This document shows, piece after piece, positions 37,106 through 50,499 of a DNA stretch of 64,000 nt; position 1 is the stretch's first letter; every line of letters starts with the position of its first letter. Location: NCBI RefSeq assembly GCF_006345805.1, contig NC_042998.1:204538001-204602000 (forward strand), given 5' to 3'. A model generated the notes under the pieces. That model ran no database searches, was not told where the DNA came from, and worked only from the letters and a program-made list of their open reading frames with translations. Source of the DNA: Octopus sinensis. Lineage: Eukaryota. The position numbers and the translations under genes are program-made.

Positions 37106-37433
37106 TATAGAAAAATGGAGGAGAAAAAGATGTTGAATCAAAATTAGAATTAATACAAAATAGGATTCAATACATACGCGTGTTTCAAAGGACAATACAA
37201 ATATGTAATAAAAAATTATAAAGATAGTAATTATAATTAAATTTATGTATTGTCATTCTCATCATTCTTCACACTGATGAGAATGACAATGCATAAATCT
37301 AATTATAATTACTATGATTATAATTTTTTATTACATATTTGTATTGTCCTTTGAAACACGCGTATGTATTGAATCCTATTTTGTATTAATTCTAATTTTG
37401 ATTCAACATCTTTTTCTCCTCCATTTTTCTATA
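37106..37433. repeat. Fold-back inverted repeat (159-bp arms, 10-nt loop)
   Basis: 37106-37264 is the reverse complement of 37275-37433 with 4 mismatches. Confidence 0.97.
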
Positions 37434-37449
37434 TAAGCTAAATAAGGAA

Positions 37450-38250
37450 AACATAAACTTCGGATTCTTTGCATTCAATAAAACAGTGGCCCAAAATGTG
37501 TTTTCAGTAACAGTACTCATACAAACGTTTAGACTATTAGATTGGACACTTGATGAGATCCGAACCACTAACGTGAAAACCAGAAGATACAAACCAGCAC
37601 AAATAATTTTCACATCAACAGCGAAGACCGCCTCTACTTGAAGCGAAAACAAGGAGGCAGAGGCTTATCATCGACCCAGACTGCCTTTGACTGTCATATT
37701 ACTCTCTTCGGCAACATCTTTTAACCATCAAGTATCGAAGTTTGCATACACGAGGCTGATAACATGATGATACTCGGAAAGCAGCTCCTTGAGCAATGTT
37801 CCTTGTCAGATAACCCTGAATACATACCCAATGGAGTTACACAACACTTCTGCAACGTACCACCAGCTGAAAGGATAAGCATATATCAACAGGAGGCCGT
37901 GCGTAAATATGGTAGCAGAAAGCTCCAGGATGACCGTGACTTTGATAATCAAAACAGACTGATGAACCAACAACCAGATTACGAACTCTCACTTTGATGG
38001 GTGTGCATTTGCAATCCGGGCACAGGAAAAACATAAGCAAATACCTGATGCAGAAAAGGGACGGAAATGCGGGGAAAACACTAAAATGTGATAACCGATG
38101 CAGACTTTGTGGAGTTAACACCGAAGATATCACCCACGTCATAAGCAATGGTCCAAAACTATCATCACTGTATAATCTACCGATGAGACATCATGTTGTG
38201 GTCAAGATACTATACAATGGAATCTGTCGAAGGATAATACTGAGGCCAAA
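37450..38250 (+). mobile_element. R4/Dong-type (REL-endonuclease) non-LTR retrotransposon fragment
   Basis: LDWTLDEIR, DRLYLKRKQGGRGL (37626-37667) and CCHC knuckle CRLCGVNTEDITHVISN[G] (38099-38152, last C mutated). Frameshifted. Confidence 0.82.
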
Positions 38251-39096
38251 GGGATAAGAACCACACATACACATACATACATACATACACACCGATCTTA
38301 AGAAGTTTGGGCTCTCTAGACCAGAAAAGGGATAGCTAATTAGAAATTTACAGATTCTTCAAAGCGGTGCCCCAGCATGGCCGTACGCTAATGACTGAAG
38401 TAAGTAAAAGATAAAATTAAAGCACACACACACACACACACACACCACACACACACCACACACGTGTCTTTTATCTTTCAGTCGTTGGACTGAAACCATG
38501 CTGGGGCACCACCTTGAGCGAATCAATCTCAGTAATTGACTTTAAGTCAATTCTATTGGTTTCTTGTGACGAACTACAAAGTCACGGGGACGAAAACAAA
38601 GCAACACCGGTCTTCAAGCTGTGGGAATGGAAGAGGGCAAACACAAGGACCCACACATATAAACGTGTGTGTGTGTGTGTGTGTGTTTGTCCGTATTGTC
38701 CCCACATATACATACGCCGCTTGACAACCGATGTTGGCGTGGTTACATCCCCGTATCGCAACAGTCCGGCAAAAGCAACCAATAGAATAACTACCAGGCC
38801 TTAAAAACGGGTACAGGGGTCGATTCATTCGATTTAACAGTATAAGATTAAAAATAAAAGGTACTTTTTGGTTATCTCACCTCCATTAAAAAATTGCCAT
38901 TAAAAAACTGGGTTATCTCCCCACTAAAAAATCGGGTTTATGTGGTGACAAGAGATTGGGTTAAAAGAGTTAGAACCTTTTGATTCAATACTTCAACACA
39001 TTGGTGACTTTTTTGGCCCCGTCAATAGGAATGGAATGGTCTCTTATAAAAATATTATCAGATGCAGTAAGATGTTGAATTTTCTCAGTTTTTATA

Positions 39097-39488
39097 CTCT
39101 TTTACTCTTTTACTTGTTTCGGTCATTTGACTGCGGCCATGCTGGAGCACCGCCTTTAATCGAGCAACTCGACCCCGGGACTTATTCTTTTGTAAGCCCA
39201 GCACTCATTCTATTGGTTTCTTTTGCCGAACCGCTAAGTAACGGGGACATAAACACACCAGCATCGGTTGTCAAGCAATGCTAGGGGGACAAACACAGAC
39301 ACACACGCGATATATATATACACATATATACGATGGGCTTCTTTCAGTTTCCGTCTACCAAATCCATCCACAAGGCTTTGGTCGGCCCGAGGCTATAGTA
39401 GAAGACACTTGCCCAAGGTGCCACGCAGTGGGACAGAACCCGGAACCATGTGGTTGGTAAACAAGCTACTTACCACACAGCCACTCCT
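39097..39488 (-). mobile_element. Full-length SINE family A
   Basis: Head GGAGTGGCTGTGTGGTAAG, B-box GGTTCTGTCCC, CORE-like GGCACCTTGGGCAAGTG, central TA/TG tract and tail GCATGGCCGCAGTCAAATGACCGAAAC. Further copies at about 32405-33165, 35095-35885, 40655-41075, 45501-45896, 59471-60665 and 61365-61810, plus many fragments. Confidence 0.9.
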
Positions 39489-40847
39489 ACTTATGTTTAT
39501 TAATTTTTCCGTTTTCGTGTTTATTAATTTTTTCAGTTTTGTATGATTTGCTATAAAAATATTATCAGATTCAAAGCGTTGTTTAATCTTTTCACTTTTT
39601 ATGTTTATTAAGTTTTTCATTTTTGTTTGTTTGTTTTATTGAGGGTTAAACATTTTTTTTAGTTGAAGGAGATAACCAAAAGTACCGATATTTCTCGTAA
39701 AACGAGGGAAGATAACCTAAAATTTTAATGGGGGTGAGATAACCAAAAGGTTCCAAATAAAAAATAGACCCCATAAAATTGATCAACCATTGATGTACAT
39801 ATCCGTTGTAAAAGTTAACTTGGAAGAAGAGAGTGGCCATCATGGCTAGGGCACCATGGGTAATACCAGGAAATATGGCGGGCAATAATTTTAATTTAAC
39901 ATATTATCAAATTTCTTGATGCTTCCACAAAATAATGAAATGAAGAAAATTTTATTACCTTAAAAGTAAAATGTAATAAAACAAATTTCTCCTTCGTATG
40001 TTTACAAGAAGTATGTCATTGTTTTGCAGAATTTTATAAACATAAAATTGCTGTCTATTCCATCGAAAACTTATCTCTGCAAAATTTCTTCAAAATATAT
40101 AAACTTTTCAGGAAATTATCTTTACTTCAATGTGGCGTATATTTGCCATCTAAATGTGGCTAACCACTAAGGGTGGATGTTACTGTAGCTTGTAGCCCCA
40201 GGAGAACATCTTCTCCAGCTGGCTATTGGCACACTTTCTGTGCCTTATCGGTATATGCAAAGGGAAGCCATCCTTCCCATCGTCGACCTGACGTGATACG
40301 CACGGACCCGCGTTTCTGAGTATTTACCCGTCGTCAGCGCACGACAATCACCGGTCTTCGATGCGTAGGGGTCCCAATGAAAATACATATATCCTTTTTC
40401 TAGTGACTTTTCGTCACTGATCTCGAAAAAGTGTAAACAAGCAATAATAAATCTCTGAACGAGATGTAAACATTAACTGCACGACACACTTATCCTACAC
40501 TTCTTTCGTTAACTCTCTTTTACTCTCTCTCTCTGTCTCCCCCTCTCTGTCTCCCCCTTCCTCCCTCTACACAATGTAAAGTGTGACTGGAGTTATCAAC
40601 CAACATTTATATCACCTATTATCCTAGATCTTTCTTTCATTTTTTTTTAATCTTTTACTGGTTTCAGTCATTAGACTGCGGCCATGCTGGGGCACTGCCT
40701 TCCCGAATTTTTAGACGAAGGAATTGACTCCAGCAGTTACTAACTTTTTTCGTAAACCTGGTACTTGTTCTATCGGCCTTCCTTGCCGAACTGCTAAGTT
40801 ACGAGGACGTAAGTACACCAACACAAGTTGTCAAGGGTGTGCGGGAT

Positions 40848-40904
<57 letters not shown>

Positions 40905-41963
40905 TAGATACATATATACGACGGGCTACTTTCAGTTTTCAATTGCCAAATCCACTCACAAGGCTTTGGTCGACCCGAAGCGAGAGTAGAAGGCACTTGC
41001 CCAAGGTGCCACGCAGTGGGACTGAACCCAGAACCATGCGGTTGTGAAACAAGCTTCTTACCATACACCTGCGCCTATAGAGATATCTTTTTTTTTATTC
41101 TTTATGCAATATTTGTATTACAAAATTCTATATAAATGTATGTTTTTGTACAGTACCATGACCTCGTTATGGTGAATAGTTCAGTTTGTTCACTAAATCG
41201 GACACGCCGCTTTGCCTCACAGAAAAATATTCCATCGTTCATGATTAAACTACATCGTGACTTAATCGTTTTCGCTGCACAGTTTTCAATTAGTCTATAG
41301 GACTCCAGTGGAAGGATTTCTTTTATTATGCACTAATTGAGGCTAGTTATTTACTGCGCATTAATCAAGGTTTAACCATTTGTTCACTCCGTTGATACAA
41401 CTCGAAGTATTATCTAGTTGCAGTTTTTAAAATAAGTGAATTTAATAATATCCAGCGAACCCTCTTTAGTTTGAAATTGCTCTATCTTGAGGTGAGAATT
41501 GACAGAGTTTGACTGCTATTTCTAGCTGTTCCACCGACTATGTAGAGGCCTAATTAATCATGAAAGTCGCATAGTAGTAGTAGTAGTAGTAGTAGTTGTT
41601 GTTGTTGTTGTTGTTGTTTTGTTGTTGTTGTTGTTGTTGTGGTGGTGGTGGTGGTGGTGGTGGTGGTGGTGGTGGTGGTGGTGGCGGCAGCAGTCGTTCA
41701 AGAATTTGGACCTGGAGATCTCCATTTCCAGCGACTTCGAGGGCCACCTCCCAGTGGTGTCGGGTGTCAACGAAGAGCCCTCGTCTACAACAAGACGACC
41801 AAAGTTTTTGTTTCCAATGTCTGGGGTCTCCCGCCCCTAAGCCCTAGACCATCACCTAATCACCCTTACCCATCTTGTTGCTTAACAACAACAACAACAA
41901 TAGCCGCAGCAGCAGTAAGCAGCAGCAGCAGCGGCAGCAGTAGCAGCAGCAGCAGCAGCAGCA

Positions 41964-41982
41964 GTAGTGGGGTAGAGGTGAC

Positions 41983-42020
<38 letters not shown>

Positions 42021-42204
42021 GGTAGAGGTGACAGTAGTAGTAGTAGTATAGTAGTAGTAGTAGTAGTGGGGTAGAGGTGACAGTAGTAGTAGTAGTAGTA
42101 GTAGTAGTGGGGTAGAGGTGGCAGTAGTAGTAGTAGTAGTAGTAGTAGTGGGGTAGAGGTGACAGTAGTAGTAGTAGTAGTAGTAGTAGTGGGGTAGAGG
42201 TGGC

Positions 42205-42236
<32 letters not shown>

Positions 42237-42247
42237 GTAGAGGTGGC

Positions 42248-42279
<32 letters not shown>

Positions 42280-42291
42280 GGTAGAGGTGGC

Positions 42292-42326
<35 letters not shown>

Positions 42327-42732
42327 GGTAGAGGTGGCAGTAGTAGTAGTAGTAGTAGTAGTAGTGGGGTAGAGTGACAGTAGTAGTATAGTAGTAGTAG
42401 TAGTGGGTAGATAGAGTAGGGTAAGTTGCAGTAGTAGTAGTAGTATTAGTAGTAGTAGTAGTAGTGGGGTAGAGGTGACAGGAGTAGTAGTATAGTAGTA
42501 AGTAGTGGGGTAGAGGTGACAGTATAGTAGTAGTAGTAGTAGTAGTGGGGTAGAGGTGGCAGTAGTAGTAGAGTAGTAGTAGTAGTAGTAGTGGGTAAGA
42601 GTGGCAGTAGTAGTAGTAGTAGTAGTAGTAGTGGGTTAGTGGCAGTAGTAGTAGTAGTAGTAGTAGTAGTGGGGTAGAGGTGGCAGTAGTAGTAGTAGTA
42701 GTAGTAGTATAGTATAGTGGGGTAGAGGTGGC

Positions 42733-42764
<32 letters not shown>

Positions 42765-43000
42765 GGTGGTAGAGGTGACAGTAGTCTAGTGCTAGAGTAG
42801 TAGTAGTAGTAGTGGGGTAGAGGTGCCCAGTAGCAGTAGTAGTAGTAGTAGTAGTAGTAGTGGGGTAGAGGTGACGTAGTTAGTAGTAGTAGTTAGTAGT
42901 AGTAGTTGGGGTAGAGGTGGCAGTATGTAGTAGTCGTAGTAGTAGTAGTAGTAGTGGGGTGGTAGGGGTAGAGGTGCAGTAGTAGAAGCAGTAGTAGAGT
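41964..43000. repeat. Minisatellite of GGGGTAGAGGTG(A/G)CAG-(TAG)n units
   Basis: About 23 units of roughly 40-50 bp counted by eye, flanked by (GGT)n, (CAG)n and (GTT)n tracts. Confidence 0.97.
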
Positions 43001-43468
43001 GTAGGGCGGTGGTGGTGATAACAGTTGTATTGGTTCCGTGGTGGTGGTGGTGGTGGTGGTGGTGGTGGTGGTGGTGGTGGTGGTATTAGTGAAAGTGGTA
43101 GTGGCGGTAGTGATGTAATGGTAGTGGTGGTTGAAGAGGGAGTTAATGGAGTCCTAGATGTCTCGAAAGTAAATGTGTTGGTCATGGATAGGCTGTCTAT
43201 GATCATGAATGTGTTTGATCAGGTCTGACACGGGGTTAGACAACGACTGCATGCATTGGAGGGACACTGCACATTATATGAGTTGTCACTGCATGTCTGG
43301 GGTGCTGGGACTAAAGACAACAACTTGGTAGGTCACGGCTGGAATGTCGTACACGAGACAACAACTAACTTGTAGAAGTTACAATAAGAGTGAACAAGAA
43401 GAAGAAGAAGAAGAAGAAGAAGAAGAAGAAGAAGAAGAAGAAGAAGAAGAAGAAGAAGAAGAAGAAGA

Positions 43469-44205
43469 TCCTTTCGGGGTCGATAAATTAAGAATCAGTT
43501 GTTTGCTGGAGTCGATCTAATCGACTGCCCCCCCCCCCCCGCCGCCGAAAATTTCGGGCCTTGTGCCTAAAGTAGAAAAAAGAAAAAAGAAACGTTAACA
43601 CGCCGGGCGAAATGCGTAGCCGTATTTCCACCGCCGTTACGTTCTGAGTTCAAATTCCGCCGAGGTCGACTTTGCCTTTCATCCTTTCGGGGTCGATTAA
43701 ATAAGTACCAGTTACGCACTGGGATCGATATAATCGACTTAATCCGGTTGTGTGCCCTTGTTTGTCCCCTCTGTGTTTAGCCCCTTGTTGGCAGTAAAGA
43801 AATAGCTATTTCGTCTGTCTTTACGTTCGGAGTTCAAATTCCGCCGAGGTCGAATTTGTCTTTCATCCTTTCGGGGTCGATAAATTAAGCATCAGTTGCG
43901 TACAGAGGGATCGGTCTAATCGATCGGCCCCCTACCCAAAAATTTTGGGTCTTGTGCCTAGAGTAGAAAGGAAAAAAGAAAAAAAAGTATATTTCCTGTA
44001 TAGATAAGGCAGCAACCTGGCAGAATTGTTAGCATGCGGGGCAAAAATCTTAGCGGTATTTCGCCTGCCGCTACGTTCTGAGTTCAAATTCCGCCGAGGT
44101 GGACTTTGCCTTTCATCCCTTCGAGGTCGATAAGTTAAGTACCAGTTGAGTACTGGGGTCGATTTAATCGACTTAACCCCTTCCACAAAATTTCAGGCCT
44201 TTTGC
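43469..44205 (+). mobile_element. Head-to-tail cluster of four SINE-B units
   Basis: The core CATCC(T/C)TTCG(G/A)GGTCGA recurs at about 43470, 43680, 43865 and 44115. Other SINE-B copies at about 2950, 5585, 9360, 12030, 14815, 23222, 28285, 33200, 56425, 60765, 61120 and 62935. Confidence 0.88.
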
Positions 44206-44429
44206 CTATAGCAGGGAGGCGCTTCGAAAGGTTCCTTTTTCCACCAGGAACCTTTCGAAGCGCCTCCCCCTATTGGGAGTTTTTCGTTGTTATATTATTT
44301 GATTGTTACAACTGTTTTTATAACACGATTTTTTCACAAACGGACAAACCCTTTGTAACCTTTCGTCCTGTTTTGTCCCTTTATGTTTTCTAATCATGTG
44401 TGTCAGCCCTTGTGGCCAATAAAAAGAAT

Positions 44430-44695
44430 TAATTATTATGATTATTTCTCATTATCACAGGTTTTGCTGGAGCTCCTGGATTCTTGCACACGTAGCGGGA
44501 TTGCTTCCCGAAGCCTACGGCACCATGCTATTCGTTCTTTTCAATTATCGAAATAGTTTCCTGATTATTCTGGCAGCGCCAACAAGGCAAACGTTTTGTA
44601 ACAGTTCTACTGGGCACTCTATTCTAATTTCCTTTATATTCCTCTTGATGCCTTCTCATACTGTCCCCAAGGACCCAACAATAATTGGCACCATT
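44430..44695 (-). mobile_element. R4/Dong-type 3' end fragment in a (TAA)n array
   Basis: Minus strand MVPIIVGSLGTV*EGIKRNIKEIRIECPVELLQNVCLVGAARIIRKLF* plus 3' UTR. Abuts (TTA)n at 44693-44843. Confidence 0.8.
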
Positions 44696-44699
44696 ATCA

Positions 44700-44757
<58 letters not shown>

Positions 44758-44765
44758 CATCATCA

Positions 44766-44842
<77 letters not shown>

Positions 44843-46247
44843 TTTCCTTCTCCAAATTTTCTTCCGTTTATCGCCGAGTGTTTTCCGTACACCTAGGGCT
44901 GAGAAGCTCATTGTATGCATTCCCAGATTACACACGCAAATTATTATTATTATTGAGTGAGAGAGCATTGCATGCCATCAAAGTGACACTGGGATACTAT
45001 TATACGAAACCAAATATACCCATCATGACTACCCGTCTGATAAGGGTACACCAGGTACATGCATCACAATCATATGGCTACGACATGGAAATCTCACATC
45101 AAGATAAATAATGCATGACCTTGAATTTTCTTCAGGTTGAGTCGCTAATCCTGCTCAAAAGGTCTCTATTATTATTATCACCATCATTATCATCATCATA
45201 TTTTCAAGTGTGTTCATAAGTTGCATTTTTACGACGACAGACTTTTTTACACCCTTTTTTATATATTTTCCTTGTTTCTATTTTTTTCTTCTACACCCAT
45301 TTTGACTGGCATCAGTATTTCCTTAAAGAACAATTAACAACCAAATTTCTTTGAATAAAAGCTTATCAACTGCACATCGACTAAATTACTTGTCACAGAA
45401 CTTTCCATTGATAAATGTCTGCGACGAAATATCGCCGGATGGTAACCATTTCCATTTCTATAGAATGAACAGATGGCGCTGTGATAACACTGACTGATTA
45501 CTCTTTTATTCTTTTACTTGTTTCAGTCATTTGACTGCGGCCATGCTGGAGCACTGCTTTTAGTCGAGCAAATCGACCCCAGGACTTATTCTGTGTAAGC
45601 CTAGTACTTATTCTATCGGCCTCTTTCGCCGAACCGCTAAGATACAGGGACGTAAACACACCAGCATCGGTTGTCAAGCGATGTTGGGGGGGGGGACAAA
45701 CACAGACACACAAACGTATATACACACATACATATATATATACATATATACGACGGGCTTCTTTCAGTTTTCGTCTACCAAATCTACTCACAAAGCTTTG
45801 GTCGGCCCGAGGCTATAGTAGAAGGCACTTGCCTAAGGTTCCCCGCAAGGGACTGAAACCGGAACCGTGTGGTTGGTAAGCAAGCTACTTACCACATGGT
45901 TGTATTCCTAATTTAATCTCCTATAATTGAGGTGACTAAGATGAACCCCTCTCGATATTTCAGGGAATCGATTTCTTTGTAGACTAACTTTTGTCTATCA
46001 TTGGTTCATGAATGTCTGATGAATGGCAGGTATTTTAGCGTATGGAATAATGAAATAATACATTGTGTTCAAATAAATAGGCATCATATTGAAACATTTG
46101 TAGCATGAATCGCACTGTTGAATATCTATTCATCTTCATTTGTTATGTTCCTTCAGTGCGTGACACGTGCAGCTAATGTTGTTCAAACGATTGGAGTCGT
46201 AGAACACTGAGCACCAAGCCGAAATTGCGTTGATTTCTCTGTTGTAG

Positions 46248-46336
46248 GATGAACAAGGAAATCTTATCTGTATTCCTACACAGTAGGCTGTTAACCAGAT
46301 ACACGCCGAAAGATACGGAGTTGATTGCCACCATCA
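46248..46336 (+). CDS. Candidate isolated exon, MNKEILSVFLHSRLLTRYTPKDTELIATI
   Basis: TTTCTCTGTTGTAG acceptor and GTAAGA donor bracket 89 nt of unique sequence, open in one frame only. No homology recognised. Confidence 0.3.
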
Positions 46337-47019
46337 GTAAGATACAAGTCAATTGACATACATAAATACATACATATATGCATATATACATGCACACATG
46401 CACACATGCACACACATATACATACATGCATACATACACACACATATACATATGTCTATATATACACACACACGGATACACACACTCACACACACACATA
46501 CATATATATATTTGTAAAATTTCTTGGAAGTGTACAGCGAAATATATTAACAATGATAGGAAAATTAGTAAGAAACGATTGAACTATTCTTTCTTCCTTC
46601 CTTTCGTTTTTCTTTCTTTCTTCTTTCGTTTCTTTCCTTCTTTCTTTCCTTCTTTCTTTCCTTTTTTCTTTCTTTCTTTCCTCATATGCAGATATAAAAC
46701 GTCCGAGGTTTTCTAAGAAGACGCTGGAATATTGCATATCATTTTCTTTTCTTTTGTGAAACAGTATTTTATCGTTTCCTTAGGAAAATCTGGACTTCTT
46801 ATATCTGTGTGTATGTATGTATGTATGTATGTATGTATGTATGTATGTATGTATGTATGTATGTATGTATCTTTGTATCTTTTAGTAAAAGCCAAGAATT
46901 ATTATTGATAAACTGACCAACTGCAAAGATATCAACAAATTTTCTCTCCTTCTTCTTTTCCTTCTTTTTCTTTAACATCTCTTTCAGATACAAACACACA
47001 CACACACATACACACACAT

Positions 47020-47065
<46 letters not shown>

Positions 47066-47617
47066 TCACAAGACAATGATAAAAAGGAAATCCAGACAAT
47101 ATTTTGAAAAGTGACATTTTGCCCCCCTTGGAGTAAACAGCTGGATTTGACATTACTAAAAGCCAAGAATCGATTATTATTGACAACCTGACCAGCTGCA
47201 AAGAGAGCAACAAAATTTTTTTCTTCTTTCTCTCCCTATTCTTTCTTTCCTTCTTTTTCTTTAACACTTCTTTCAGATACAAAAATACACACACGCACAC
47301 GCACACACACACACATGCTCTCTCTCACTTTCTCTCCATTCCTCACCCTCTTGTACTATCTTGTATCTCTCCCCACCACTACACACTCAATAATACTATA
47401 AAAACAGTCAAAATTCCTGCAAAAACTTAGTTCAATTTGAAGACTCCACTAGAATGGACGAAAGCGCTAATATATGATATATGATATATGATATATGATG
47501 TATAAAAACATGTAATATACTAATAAATATCTGTAAATATAAAACCATCCAGATTTCTGAGTATCTCATTTCTTCTAACATACATATATGTATATATATA
47601 TATATATGTGTGTGTGT

Positions 47618-47658
<41 letters not shown>

Positions 47659-50117
47659 ATGTGTGTGTGTGCGTGTGTGTGTGCGTGTGAGACGGCTTCC
47701 TTCTGTTTCCGTCTACCAAATCCACTTAAAAGGTTTTAATTGACCCGAGGCTATAGTGGAAGAGATTTGCCCAATGCGCCATGCAGTGAAACTGAACCCA
47801 GAACCATACTGTTGGGAAGCTAACTTCTTACCACACAACCACAACCGCGCTTATATTCAATTACAATGAATCATATTTATTTCCATATTGATTCTAGAAA
47901 GGTCACTCGCCGAAGACTTTACCGCTGAATACTAGAATCTAGTGATGAGCGGAGAAAATGTAGCGTCTGGCGAGAGAAGTTCTGTTTTAATCCGAAGAGT
48001 GGCAAGACCTCCAGTAGATCAAGTGAACTTCCTGCCGTCCATTACGAGTGCGCCTTCCTTTCTACTGTTGTATCTCCCGCGTATCTAAATTGCATGGAAT
48101 TTTCCATTACTCTTAATACCCGCACAAAAATGCGCTAGGACGACGATTGACTAAAAAGACGGTTAACGCTACCCGATATGACGCGGCTTCGAATGCCAAG
48201 TACGGCAACACTAAGAAAACCGGCCTGCTGATTCTCCTGGAGTCACCCTCCTCCCAAGCACACTGCAATTTCCTTCTTCTCTTTACCATTATTACAATAG
48301 CCTCTGCTACTCGGATCCAGCTGAGTCTATGACGTATCTAAACAGGTTCAACCAACTTATTCCTCTTTTTTCCTCTCCCCCAGACCGCGCACTAACCTCA
48401 CCCAATCCTTCTTCGCTGGAATGCATTCTTTCCTCTTGGCATTCTCTCCTTTCCTATTTTCGCGAGTGGTGTTCATCATTGGCTTGTCTGAGGTGATGAC
48501 AGGTTGAGTTGATGAATGAAAATGTGTTTTCTGGGCCGCGTGAAGCAGTAACTGAAGAATAGGTGTGAACATTTTATTATTGCACCAAGAGTCTTTTACA
48601 TATAGCAGCAATAATGACTCAGTGGGAGAGAAATATACTGCTTGGAGTTTACTGCAAGCTCACTGACACAGCAACATGTGGCTTGCGCAATATAACTGGA
48701 AACAATTGTGTTATATTCGTGGCGACTGAGATTCTTGTCGTCTGTCTGTGATATGCCTTAACCGTCTTCATGGGTCGCCTGGCTGCGGCAAGAATGGCGA
48801 ACATCGTGCAGCTGCCTCAACACTGCCTGGCAAGAGATGAAATTTGTAAATAAGTCGGTTGGTCTCAGTGTTCTGCAAAGAGTGTTGGTGCCCAAAGCCC
48901 CTTCAATAGGACTCAAGGAGAATATTCTAAAAGATTGAATCAGGCGATATCTGGCACTGATTGGTTGCTTAATAGACCGACCACGTGAAATTACTGTGGT
49001 TCAGTCGGGATGCATAACCAGTTACCAAGCGTTTCGGTTTTGAATCACTGCTGCATTATCATACACTGCTTGCTGTTGTCCATCTTACCTTATGTTTGAT
49101 GCTGACCCCGGAGAACCTGAGAAAACTATGGCCACAAATCTTTCTTCCAGACCAATTTATTAACAAAGTAAATTTTTAAGAGAGACAAGGTGGCCACGGT
49201 TGGAATGTGTTTCAGCACCGACCACTTCAATCGGGGTCTGACCTAGGGCTAAATGCAACACCACTAGTGTAATGCGATTTACTAAGGTAGACACCGGGAA
49301 CCTTAATAGGGAGAGATCGAGAGGGAGTCTCACTGAGTCGACAAGACTTGACGGAAAGAAGGGGCAGGGTAAGGATAGATGAGGCTGTTGGAGCTGCTAG
49401 ACATAACAGCCAAAACCCTCAAATCAGAAACTTTTTTTTTTTAACGGAAAACTACTTTCAATATTGTTGAACTAAACATAGTCTGAAAATAAGGTAGGAT
49501 GGCCACGACTAGAACGCCAGATCTACTTGCCTGAAGATGACCGCAGCTAAACAACAGCAACATTAAAGGAAGTGATACCTAAATTCATTCACGCGCACAC
49601 GAATGCGTACGCGTGCGCGCTGTATGTAAATATGCACGTGAGTGTATGCATAATAAACATTATACACATACGTACACAACACACACACACATACGTACAT
49701 ACATACATACATACATACGTACATACATACGTACACGCATACATACATGCACAGCACACACACACATACACACACATACACACACATACATACACACATA
49801 CATGCATGCGTGCATACATACATACATACGTACATATAAACATACATACATACACACATACACACACATACACACACACACACATACATACATACATACA
49901 TACATACATACATACATACATACATACATACATACATACATACACACACACACATACACATGACTTCCTGTGTGTTTCTAATATGTCTTAAACACTTATT
50001 AATATATTTTCCCGTTTTATTCTTCTTTAATCATAAATTCGTAGATTTTTCTTGTGATTTTATTTATATTATAATTTTTTTTTTTTTGTCTCAACGCTAT
50101 TTTCCTTGCTGCACTTC

Positions 50118-50173
<56 letters not shown>

Positions 50174-50399
50174 ATCTATTTTTTCTCTCCCTTTTCATTT
50201 CTTTCCTATTCTATCTTCTCCTCTTTCTCTCTCTCTCTCTTGCTCTCTTGCTCTCCCTCTCTTGCTCTCCTCTCTTGCTCTCCCTCTCTTGCTCTCCCTC
50301 CGTTTCATCACTTCCCACAATGCATTTCTTTCTGCGCCTCCTTACCGCTTCCTCTCTCCTACCTCCTCATCCATTATCGATCTCTTCCCGCTGTGGAAC

Positions 50400-50499
50400 N
50401 NNNNNNNNNNNNNNNNNNNNNNNNNNNNNNNNNNNNNNNNNNNNNNNNNNNNNNNNNNNNNNNNNNNNNNNNNNNNNNNNNNNNNNNNNNNNNNNNNNN
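50400..50499. other. Scaffold gap (100 N)
   Basis: A run of exactly 100 N; contiguity across it is not guaranteed. Confidence 1.

Noticed and set aside
41619-41847. ORFs across the unique island between trinucleotide tracts
   Set aside because: All frames look equally plausible, with no splice sites or motifs; starts lie within repeats.
41964-43000. CRISPR-like repeat-spacer appearance
   Set aside because: The spacers are just (TAG)n, the DNA is eukaryotic and no cas genes are present; it is a minisatellite.
46890-47320. About 270-bp tandem duplication with acceptor-like TTTCAG
   Set aside because: Both copies run straight into (CA)n; no exon follows.
49090-49117. 28-nt minus-strand segment with acceptor and GTAAGA donor
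   Set aside because: Adjacent to repeat-derived sequence; such pairs are expected by chance in 64 kb.
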